The translations under genes were made by a program, and so were the position numbers. The notes under the pieces are model-generated. The model was not told the DNA's origin, ran no database searches, and saw only the letters and a program-made list of their open reading frames with translations. From a virus (taxonomy: Duplodnaviria > Heunggongvirae > Uroviricota > Caudoviricetes), in IMG/VR virus record IMGVR_UViG_3300029533_000034: DNA of 35,372 nt; one strand, 5' to 3'. Below, piece after piece: positions 27,722 to 35,372 of the stretch. Position 1 is the stretch's first letter. Each line of letters starts with the position of its first letter.

Positions 27722-29122
27722 TTAACGCTCTTTTCTAACGCCAACTTTGCCAGTATTTGTCTTTTTATAGGTTTCCTTGATGACGATTTCATCACCAATA
27801 ATCTCAACCTTTGATAAGTCAAGGTTGAAAGCGGGGGCAACCACACAGTCGCCGTTCTGAAGGTAGTAGTAGACGTTGCCGTAACGGTTCACATACCACG
27901 CGTAATATTTGCCGTTGACAGTACCGAGCCACGCGCCATAGTAGGAAGCCCCGAACGAACGGGCGTTTTCTGCCGTTGCCTTCAATGCCTGCCAGTAATT
28001 TCCAGAGCCAGGTTCATCCCACTCCGTAAAACCAACTTTTTCCTTGGAAACCAAATACAAGCCTTTACCATAAGATGCAGATTTATCTTCTACATTCTTA
28101 ATGACATCGTACAGTTCTTTCATTTTGTTATCGTAAGTGCTGATATCTTCGACATTAATGGAATCTGCATAGTAATCACCATTGCCAGACTGCGGCATTA
28201 CAAAGCCCGGCCATTCCCCATGGGTTACACCATGGGACTGGAGCACAAGGGTTTTACCATTGTTGATCAGCTCACATGCAGTCCAGTTATACCCGGCAAA
28301 CTTGTAAGTTTTGCCAAGCTCGATAAACGATGGAAGTTTTAAAAACGCAGGGTTTTCAACGGCAAGCTCATACTCTTTCCGTGTAAAATACACCCCATGT
28401 TCTTCTTTGGAAGTGCCAAGGGCAAATCTTTCTCCATCACCGGCATCAGCAAAGAACTGGAATTTCAGTTCTTCCCCATCTTCGATAAATGGAAGCGCAT
28501 TATGTTCCAGCACATACCGTCCATCCCGGAAGATAATCCCTTCTGTTCCTCCAAATGTAAGAGACTTAATTCCATTCTCATACAGATTCCGCAGGCTGAT
28601 TCTCTTTACGCATTCACCAGGAGCTACTTCATCAGTATCCTCTTCTGCTGTATTCAGTGATTCGATCCACTGGTAAAAGGCAGATTCGAAAATCCCGAAC
28701 TGGTTCAGGAACTGGTTCAGGAACTTCTTCATATCCGGAATCTGCGAGTCTTCAATAGCTCCTTTTGAATAATCATTATTTGAAACGGAAAAGCTTTCCA
28801 CTCCGTCCGTGTAAAAATCCCATGGACCGTTAAATCCACCGTTTTTGATACCAAGATACCGGATCTGCGAATTCTTTGAAATAAATCCAAGATCATGGTT
28901 GACGTCATCCGCTTCAAAGCAGATTGGAAAATCAATTCCAAGTTCCTGGCATTTCTGTCCTGCTTTGATCAGGTCAGTAATCCGTGGTCTCAGATCCCGA
29001 ATTTTCTGCATCATACCGGTTCTTTCGGTGTCGGCTTTCTTTTTCTCAGAAATCTTCTTATCCTCAATTTCCTTTGCTGTTTTCTCAAGGATTTCGATAC
29101 TTTTGTTTAATCTTTCGCTCAT
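27722..29122 (-). CDS. putative DGR target protein with C-terminal CLec-like (DUF6273-like) domain
   Basis: C-terminal AWLGT...AWYV...GNV...VVAPAFNL pattern; NNC-rich variable region at about 27840-27965. Confidence 0.7.
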   Translation of the reverse strand: MSERLNKSIEILEKTAKEIEDKKISEKKKADTERTGMMQKIRDLRPRITDLIKAGQKCQELGIDFPICFEADDVNHDLGFISKNSQIRYLGIKNGGFNGPWDFYTDGVESFSVSNNDYSKGAIEDSQIPDMKKFLNQFLNQFGIFESAFYQWIESLNTAEEDTDEVAPGECVKRISLRNLYENGIKSLTFGGTEGIIFRDGRYVLEHNALPFIEDGEELKFQFFADAGDGERFALGTSKEEHGVYFTRKEYELAVENPAFLKLPSFIELGKTYKFAGYNWTACELINNGKTLVLQSHGVTHGEWPGFVMPQSGNGDYYADSINVEDISTYDNKMKELYDVIKNVEDKSASYGKGLYLVSKEKVGFTEWDEPGSGNYWQALKATAENARSFGASYYGAWLGTVNGKYYAWYVNRYGNVYYYLQNGDCVVAPAFNLDLSKVEIIGDEIVIKETYKKTNTGKVGVRKER

Positions 29123-29248
29123 AGTTGTTTCTCCCTTCGTTAATGAATTTTTTGTTTACACATTTAATATGAGACAAAAAAAGTGCAGCATTACATGCCG
29201 CACTTTTTCGTGTTTTTGTTTCTGTAAAGTCTAACTCGGAATATTGTC

Positions 29249-30955
29249 TTACTCTTTGATGACGATTTCATCATCAATAATCTCAACCTTCGATAAATCG
29301 AGGTTAAATGCGGGAGCAACAACAAAGTCGCTGTTCTGAAAGTTGCCGTAGACGTGGCCATTCGAGTAGACATACCGCGCGTAGTTGTTGCTGTAGACAG
29401 TACTGAGCCACGCGCTGCTGCTGGAAGCCCTGAACAAACTGTAATTTGCTGCCGCCGCCTTCAATGCCCGCCAGTAATTACCAGAACCAGGTTTGTCCAA
29501 TTTTATAAAACCGGCTTTCTCTCTGGATACTAAATACAGACCTTTTCCATAGGAAGCTGATGTGTCCTCTACGTCTTTGATGGCATCGTACAATTCTTTC
29601 ATCTTGTTGTCATAAGCACTGATATCTTCGCCATCAATGGAATTTGTATAGTAATTGCCATTGCCAAATTGAGCCATTTCGAGGCCCGGCCATTCCCCAT
29701 GGGTTACACCATGGGACTGGAGTACAAGGGTTTTACCATTGTTGATCAGCTCACAGGCTGTCCAGTTATAACCGGCGAGTCTATATGTTCCGAGTTCAAG
29801 GGTAGCCGCTTTCTGCTTTTCCCAGATATTTCCGTCCAGAGGCAGAGTTTCAGGGGCATCCGTTTTTTCAGCAAAAAACTTACAGAAAGTCTTGTCTGGG
29901 TAGATCACCATAGCTTCGCAAGCGTCCTTGTTATATCTGACTTCCGCAACTTCCTTGTCATTCTGGTCTGCAAGGGCAAATGATTTAACTCTATTCCATG
30001 CTTCCTGTTCGGATGAAAATGTTTCAGGATGTTCCACGGTACGCGATTCATGGTTTGCAGTAAACATACTTTTGATAATCCAGGTTTCTGTCTTGTCGAA
30101 TCCCTCTCCAAGTACATGTTCGCAGGCCCGGTATTCGGCATCTCCAGAATCATTCGCAAGCAGGTTTTCGACTTCATCACACACAGCAATGTACTGCTCT
30201 CTGGTAAACTTACGGCTTGTGTAAGAAGCAACATAATTTCTGCCGTTGTCCTCTTTTATAGCTTCAAAAATCTGTCTTACCATCTCTGGAGTCACATGCA
30301 TGGTTTCACCATCTTTTGTATTTACAAAATCCATGCCATATTCCCAGATGGAACGGTATGGGGTCGAATTTGATTGATTCTCTAGCTTTTCCTTTTTGAT
30401 GACAATTTCATCATCCCTTATCTCTACTTTTGAGAGGTCGAGGTTAAATGCCGGAGCAACAACAAACAAATCATTTTGTCCCGTTCCATAAAGTATTTTT
30501 TCGTTTGCATCAACGTACAAAGCGAAATCATTAAATGTATCTCCAAGCCATACACAATCATACAAACTTCCATGAATTTTATTGTCTGCAGCTTTTGCAA
30601 GTGCTTTCATGGCGATCGAAAGAGATTCGACAGATTTATTTAATAAATACAACCCTGCACCATCTTCAGCTTCAGCTTCAACATCTTTGATAAATTCATA
30701 GAGGTCTTGCATCTGTTTGTCATAATTACTGACGTTCTTTCCTACAATGTTGTTGTAATATTCTTTACCGTTCCCAAACTGCGGAAGTGTATATCCCGGC
30801 CATGGTCCTGCTGTTACTCCAAGTGACTGGATCACAGCAATATTTCGTTTCTTATCAATTTTGATAGGAATCCACTTATAACCGGCAAAATTATATTCCT
30901 TTCCAAAGTCAATGTTCTTGTGATCTAAAGTAGTTAAATTGATTCTTTCTTTCAT
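29249..30955 (-). CDS. putative DGR target protein with two CLec-like (DUF6273-like) domains
   Basis: Both N- and C-terminal copies end in VVAPAFNLDLSKVEI; the NNC-rich variable region (about 29320-29445) is in the C-terminal copy only. Confidence 0.7.
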   Translation of the reverse strand: MKERINLTTLDHKNIDFGKEYNFAGYKWIPIKIDKKRNIAVIQSLGVTAGPWPGYTLPQFGNGKEYYNNIVGKNVSNYDKQMQDLYEFIKDVEAEAEDGAGLYLLNKSVESLSIAMKALAKAADNKIHGSLYDCVWLGDTFNDFALYVDANEKILYGTGQNDLFVVAPAFNLDLSKVEIRDDEIVIKKEKLENQSNSTPYRSIWEYGMDFVNTKDGETMHVTPEMVRQIFEAIKEDNGRNYVASYTSRKFTREQYIAVCDEVENLLANDSGDAEYRACEHVLGEGFDKTETWIIKSMFTANHESRTVEHPETFSSEQEAWNRVKSFALADQNDKEVAEVRYNKDACEAMVIYPDKTFCKFFAEKTDAPETLPLDGNIWEKQKAATLELGTYRLAGYNWTACELINNGKTLVLQSHGVTHGEWPGLEMAQFGNGNYYTNSIDGEDISAYDNKMKELYDAIKDVEDTSASYGKGLYLVSREKAGFIKLDKPGSGNYWRALKAAAANYSLFRASSSSAWLSTVYSNNYARYVYSNGHVYGNFQNSDFVVAPAFNLDLSKVEIIDDEIVIKE

Positions 30956-30972
30956 AATTTTCTCTCTTTCTT

Positions 30973-31050
30973 CCAGTTGCATACTGGGTAAACAAAGAGG
31001 CTCCCATGCACAGGAACCTCAATTTTTAGTTCCCGGTGCATCGGGATAAT
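30973..31050 (-). promoter_or_regulatory. structured leader / attenuator-like element, copy 2
   Basis: Same folds as 27486-27566, with compensatory substitutions. Confidence 0.65.
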
Positions 31051-31091
31051 AAATATTACTCTTTTTTAGAAATATTTTGCGAAATAGTCTC

Positions 31092-31886
31092 TCATACCGG
31101 CTTTGATAATGCAATTACCGCTTTTTGCATAGCGCTTGTGAGTAATGCTTCGGAATATAATTGTTTTTCCGATTCATCCAATGATGCTTCTGTATTAAGA
31201 AATTTATAAATGGATGAAATATCATAATCTGCGAAAACGTATTCTGTAATAATATTTTTTGCAAGCTCATTTGTCATAAAATTTCCTCCATTATTTGATG
31301 GATTTTTAGACAGATCGTTATTGTCATTCCCTATGATGATAATTTCATCACCAACAACCTTAACTTTGGATAAGTCGAGATTAAAAGCGGCAGGGACAAC
31401 ATACGAATTGTTCTGATAGTCGTTGTAGGTGTTGCCGTTCGAGTCGACGACCCACGCGCCGTTGCAGTAGCTGTTGTGAGTACCAGTCCAAGCGTAGCTG
31501 TAGGATGCGCCGAACGAACTGTAACGACTTGCTGCTCTCGCAAGAGCATCTTTCCATAGCTGGTTGTCATTAATATCTTCAAAACCCGGTAAGTACAGAC
31601 CATCAATGAAACTAACAGGCTTAATCTGTTTCATTAATGCATAAGTCTTATCATCGTACCTGCTAATATCATACTCATCGATATTATGAGCATAGTGCTT
31701 GCCGTCACCTAAGTTCTCCATCGAAAAACCCGGCCACGGACCGGCAGTTACACCAAGGCTCTGCATAACAGCTACATGACAATTTTCGTTTATTTCAACA
31801 GGCACCCATCTGTAGCCTGCAAATTGATAAGTCTCTCCTGCCTCTAAGATTGCATAAGCGTTTTCATTGTTTGATTTTTTGCTCAT
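31092..31886 (-). CDS. putative DGR target protein with CLec-like (DUF6273-like) domain
   Basis: AWTGT...AWVVDSNGNTYNDYQNNSYVVPAAFNLDLSKV; NNC-rich region at about 31400-31525; motif A at 31914. Confidence 0.7.
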   Translation of the reverse strand: MSKKSNNENAYAILEAGETYQFAGYRWVPVEINENCHVAVMQSLGVTAGPWPGFSMENLGDGKHYAHNIDEYDISRYDDKTYALMKQIKPVSFIDGLYLPGFEDINDNQLWKDALARAASRYSSFGASYSYAWTGTHNSYCNGAWVVDSNGNTYNDYQNNSYVVPAAFNLDLSKVKVVGDEIIIIGNDNNDLSKNPSNNGGNFMTNELAKNIITEYVFADYDISSIYKFLNTEASLDESEKQLYSEALLTSAMQKAVIALSKPV

Positions 31887-31973
31887 AGTTTTTCTCCCTT
31901 CGTGAATAGTTTTGTTTACACATTTAATATGAAACAAAAAAAAAGAAGAACCCGAAGGCTCTTCTTATTTTTC

Positions 31974-32657
31974 TTACTCGCGCAGGAACAGGAATTTATC
32001 AATGACTTTCTGCGCTTTCAACTTGTCATTGACCGTTTCCGTTTCCTCGCTGTCGTAACTACAGGTGCTTTCGAAAAGCATTTCTGCGAGCACCTGTTCT
32101 CTGTGCTCTGGATTCGGATACTTATCTTCGAACTTCTCGATAGATCCATAGTAGGACTTCATGATGGATCTGCAGTTGGCATCGTACATGCCGTCGGAAT
32201 CCATCCAGTTTGCAATGACGATGGTGTTTGTGAAGACGCTGTAATTGCCGTCTGGAAGCTCGGTCGACTGGACCAGTTTGTAAACGCCAGCCCGGAGTTT
32301 CTTAAGATACTGGGTGTCGTCGGTTTTGATCCATCCGCGTCTAGCAAGAATTTCTTCATAAGCATCTTTAATCGAGCCGTTGATAAAATCCCATTCGTAA
32401 TCCTGACAGTCGTTAAGGGTAGCCATATCCTCCATATCAAGAATGGTCTGGTTAAGTATTTCTTCGGTAAGCTCATAGCCAGATTCTTCAATCGCTCCTT
32501 TTACATCATCTTTTGTCCATATTTTTGAAGCGATTACATCATCAATCATTCTTGGTGGACAGCAAAACATATCGTCAGGTACGATTGCATTGATTGCATC
32601 CATGATCTTCTTTTCCTGTTCTTCTGTTAATTCGTGTTCAATTTTGATAATTGTCAT
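31974..32657 (-). CDS. hypothetical protein (227 aa)
   Basis: AAAGGAGA RBS, motif A at 32686 and a cUUCGg terminator downstream. Confidence 0.75.
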   Translation of the reverse strand: MTIIKIEHELTEEQEKKIMDAINAIVPDDMFCCPPRMIDDVIASKIWTKDDVKGAIEESGYELTEEILNQTILDMEDMATLNDCQDYEWDFINGSIKDAYEEILARRGWIKTDDTQYLKKLRAGVYKLVQSTELPDGNYSVFTNTIVIANWMDSDGMYDANCRSIMKSYYGSIEKFEDKYPNPEHREQVLAEMLFESTCSYDSEETETVNDKLKAQKVIDKFLFLRE

Positions 32658-32754
32658 AGCTGGTCTCCTTTCAATACATCAAATTGTTTACATATTCAAT
32701 ATGAAACGAAAAAAAAAGAGTCCGCGTTGCATACGAACTCTTTTAATGAAATAT

Positions 32755-33063
32755 TTAGTTACTTATTTCTTTTTGTTTGGAAATCCCCTTGGCTTTCTCG
32801 ATATACCTACAGCTGACGCCGTAGGAACACCCGTGGATTACGGAATCGCATTTGTCAGACTCTGCGGTTCTGTAATATTGGCATCTGGAACAGAATTTTT
32901 CGATATTCTCGTCAATTTCATCGAACGTTCTTAAAAGTAATGAAACGCAATCTTCGTATTCCGCCGCTTCTTTCTCCGATAATTCCTTATTTGCCACGGA
33001 TGGAGATTCCAACATTGAAATTCCATATTTTTCGCGTATCTGTGCTCTCGTCATACGAAACAC
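32755..33063 (-). CDS. hypothetical protein with Cys cluster
   Basis: GTG start; CSRC...C...C...C. Confidence 0.6.
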   Translation of the reverse strand: MFRMTRAQIREKYGISMLESPSVANKELSEKEAAEYEDCVSLLLRTFDEIDENIEKFCSRCQYYRTAESDKCDSVIHGCSYGVSCRYIEKAKGISKQKEISN

Positions 33064-33070
33064 CTCTCGG

Positions 33071-33247
33071 TTACATCAGATTGGGAGTTAAGGCAAGGTC
33101 ATTTGCTGCGGGTGGGAAAATCCATGCATCCCCTTCGCATACATCTAGATTCTCTGTCAGCTTGTCCAGAAGCTCCCAAACCTCATCTTCTGTTTCAAAT
33201 CGATCCCATCTGTCTTTTTCTCCATCTTTCCATAAAACTGTCCACAT
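33071..33247 (-). CDS. small hypothetical protein (58 aa, MWTVLWKDGEKDRWDRFETEDEV...)
   Basis: Manual translation; GAAAGGAGA RBS and motif A at 33277. Confidence 0.65.
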   Translation of the reverse strand: MWTVLWKDGEKDRWDRFETEDEVWELLDKLTENLDVCEGDAWIFPPAANDLALTPNLM

Positions 33248-33369
33248 ATTGTTTCTCCTTTCATATTAAAACTGTTTTCTACATTTTCAATATGAAATGA
33301 AGAAAAATGCGTGATTTGTGTAAAGGGAGAGGGTTGTCAGAACCGTTGCGGATTCTGGCAGTCTTTTTT

Positions 33370-35265
33370 TTAATACATCATAGATAAGTCGCTCGGAAGT
33401 CTCAGGTCTCCTCTTGGGGATAATGCAACAGATCCAATTTTCACTCCATCCGGGATACAGGAACGCTTGAATTGCTGCGTCCGGAACCGGTTGTAAAAAG
33501 TATTAAGGGTAGCTTTGATTTCATCCACACTGATTTGTGGGAATGCAATCTCGGCAAGTTTCTGGATTTTGATTTTCCCAAATCCATTCCGGAGAAAATG
33601 GTACAGAAAGAAATCATGCAGGTCATATTTTCCGATGGATTCCTCTGTTTTCTGCTGGATATTCCCATCTTTATCCGTTGGGAGTAATTCAGGGGAAATC
33701 GGGAGGTTAAACACGTCATTTAATACTTTTGATTCAGTGGAATCAGCGTAAAATTTCACGGTCCACTTTACGAGGGTTTTCGGTACCCCTATATTGACAG
33801 CGTAATTACTCATGTGATCCCCATTGTATGTACACCAGCCAAGAGCCAGTTCGGACATATCCCCGGTACCAATCACAAGCGCGTTAATCATATTTGAGTA
33901 ATCAAACAGAATCTGCGTGCGTTCACGGGCCTGAATGTTCTCGTATGCAACATCATATACATCATCTTTGTGTCCGATGTCTCTCATATGGGTTAAGCAG
34001 CTCTTTTTTATATCAATTTCCTGAAATGATACAAGGAATTCTTTTGCAAGTTTTTCAGAAATTTTCCTGGTCTTTTCCGATGTCCCAAATGCCGGCATGG
34101 AGATGCAGTGAATATTTTTTCTATTAATTTTCAAGAAATCAAAGGCTTTGCAGCACACGATGAGAGCAAGTGTGCTGTCGAGGCCACCGGATAAGCCAAG
34201 AACAACGTTTGTTATCTTTGTTGCCTTTAATCGTTGAATCAGTCCCTTTGCCTGCATCTGAAGGATTTCTTCGCATCGTTCGCTTCTTGCAGTTTCATCA
34301 GAGGGAACAAACGGATATGCTTCTACTGTTTCTGGTAGGATTTTTGGCCAGCCGGAAGTGAAAATTCGTGTTTCTGTTACATCCGGAATATCCGCCCATA
34401 CATCGCTGTTGAATTTTCTGCGATCGTTGATGCATTTTTCAATATCAACAACACCGGTGATCATTTCCTCTGTTTCCATGGAATTTCTTGTTTCTTTCAG
34501 AATCTTTCCATTCTCTGCGATCATGCAGTGTCCTGAAAAGACAAGGTCAGTGGAACTTTCCCCTGCCCCGCAGGATGCATAGATGTACGCACATCGGCAG
34601 CGCCCGGACTGCATCCCTACAAGATTTCTTCTGTACTGGCGCTTGCCAATCACATCATTGCTTGCTGATGGATTGACAATTACGGTGGCTCCTGCTCTGC
34701 TCAATAATCCACTTGGCGGACTGTCAACCCACAGATCTTCACAGATCTCGGTTCCGATAACAATGCCGTCATCCCCACGGAGGAGAAGTTTCTCAGAAAA
34801 TGGGACAATGCTTCCACAAAAACTGATGGTATCTGTTTTACGGCAGGTGGATGATACAAACCATCTTTTTTCATAGAATTCTCCATAATTTGGAATGTAT
34901 GTCTTTGGTACAACACCAATGATTGATCCACCCTGCACATATACGGCACAGTTGTACAATTTGCCATGTTCTTCAACCGGCATTCCAACGCATACCAATA
35001 TAGATTTTTTTGCTGTGGCTGCTTTTACATCGCGGAAAGCATATTCTGCCTGCTTGATAAAGTCATTTCTTAGAAACATATCTGCGCAGGTGTATCCTGT
35101 AATACTTAATTCCGGGAATACAATAAGCTGTACATGCTCTTCCTCTGCCTTATTGATATATTCAATAATCTTTTTTGCATTTTTGAACACATTCCCTACT
35201 TCTACAGAAAATGTTACTGCAGCTGTTTTGTAAAATCCATATCCGTGTTCTGGTTTTCGATCCAT
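33370..35265 (-). CDS. nadE: glutamine-dependent NAD+ synthetase
   Basis: Nitrilase domain (FPELSITGY, PKTYIPNYGEFYEKRWF, EICEDLW) plus synthetase domain (GLSGGLDST, ENIQARER, GTGDMSE, PISPELLP, QQFKRS). Confidence 0.95.
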   Translation of the reverse strand: MDRKPEHGYGFYKTAAVTFSVEVGNVFKNAKKIIEYINKAEEEHVQLIVFPELSITGYTCADMFLRNDFIKQAEYAFRDVKAATAKKSILVCVGMPVEEHGKLYNCAVYVQGGSIIGVVPKTYIPNYGEFYEKRWFVSSTCRKTDTISFCGSIVPFSEKLLLRGDDGIVIGTEICEDLWVDSPPSGLLSRAGATVIVNPSASNDVIGKRQYRRNLVGMQSGRCRCAYIYASCGAGESSTDLVFSGHCMIAENGKILKETRNSMETEEMITGVVDIEKCINDRRKFNSDVWADIPDVTETRIFTSGWPKILPETVEAYPFVPSDETARSERCEEILQMQAKGLIQRLKATKITNVVLGLSGGLDSTLALIVCCKAFDFLKINRKNIHCISMPAFGTSEKTRKISEKLAKEFLVSFQEIDIKKSCLTHMRDIGHKDDVYDVAYENIQARERTQILFDYSNMINALVIGTGDMSELALGWCTYNGDHMSNYAVNIGVPKTLVKWTVKFYADSTESKVLNDVFNLPISPELLPTDKDGNIQQKTEESIGKYDLHDFFLYHFLRNGFGKIKIQKLAEIAFPQISVDEIKATLNTFYNRFRTQQFKRSCIPDGVKIGSVALSPRGDLRLPSDLSMMY

Positions 35266-35268
35266 ATG

Positions 35269-35372
35269 TTATCCCTCCTGTTCATTATTCATACGCCAGT
35301 CGATGCATCGTTTCAGATAGTGCACATAATCCGGGTTCTTACACATTCCCTTGCCCGGGGTATCGGAAATCT
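35269..35372 (-). CDS. pncB: nicotinate phosphoribosyltransferase, C-terminal end (truncated by window)
   Basis: Manual translation ISDTPGKGMCKNPDYVHYLKRCIDWRMNNEQEG* resembles the PncB C-terminal K(I/L)SDxPGK motif; directly upstream of nadE. Confidence 0.7.
   Translation of the reverse strand, partial: ISDTPGKGMCKNPDYVHYLKRCIDWRMNNEQEG

Larger units (their letters stand above)
3003..33297. promoter_or_regulatory. dispersed motif A, TTTCATATT-N5-TGTAAAC (sense strand), 13 copies
   Basis: Copies at 3003-3023, 3317-3337, 6343-6363 (degenerate), 9237-9257, 12014-12034 (variant), 12414-12434, 23916-23936, 25232-25252, 26466-26486, 29154-29174, 31914-31934, 32686-32706 and 33277-33297. Each is co-oriented with, and about 20-35 nt upstream of, a start codon with an AGGAG-type RBS. 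Confidence 0.85.

Noticed and set aside
27574..27846. 90-aa ORF overlapping the end of DGR-like gene 1
   Set aside because: No convincing start or RBS. The last ~50 codons may be a frameshifted remnant, but I cannot support it as a gene.
31902..32528. 208-aa + strand ORF
   Set aside because: Antisense shadow of 31974-32657; it crosses motif A and a terminator.
22204..33297. Classical integron
   Set aside because: The recombinase is convergent with the array rather than divergent, no IntI-specific insertion is evident, there are no attC R/L box structures, and cassettes carry their own putative promoters.
1..35372. DGR reverse transcriptase / template repeat, tRNA or rRNA genes, IS transposases, phage structural genes
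   Set aside because: No RT-like ORF with a (Y/F)xDD motif in the expected context, no AAC-rich non-coding copy of the VRs and no recognisable motifs for the others were found by eye; absence needs confirming with tools.

Overview
The window looks like part of a large mobile or extrachromosomal replicon (megaplasmid or ICE-like) from a low-GC Firmicute; the gene content is Lachnospiraceae/Clostridiales-like (inference). From left to right it holds: small accessory genes; a ~3 kb non-coding block (3350-6380) with 16 AGTATCA-N6-TGATACT palindromes in 24-bp phase and other repeats (candidate origin/partition/oriT region); a MOB-V (Mob_Pre) relaxase; host-like paralogues (RecJ, SpoVK/CbbX AAA ATPase, PilZ, DUF4317, CCA-type HD domain, two HNH proteins); an Xer-like tyrosine recombinase; a 10 kb co-oriented minus-strand array of accessory genes including RadC; and a pncB-nadE NAD-salvage operon. 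Four signals stand out. (1) Three tandem paralogous genes carry C-type-lectin-like domains whose variable regions show the NNC codon signature of DGR adenine mutagenesis, yet no reverse transcriptase or template repeat is visible in the window. (2) A TTTCATATT-N5-TGTAAAC motif occurs 13 times, each just before an RBS and usually just after a terminator, defining an element-wide regulon of terminator-promoter gene cassettes. (3) A duplicated ~80-nt leader can fold into mutually exclusive terminator and antiterminator structures and shows compensatory changes. (4) The phased palindrome array. All family assignments come from recognising motifs by eye, not from database searches.
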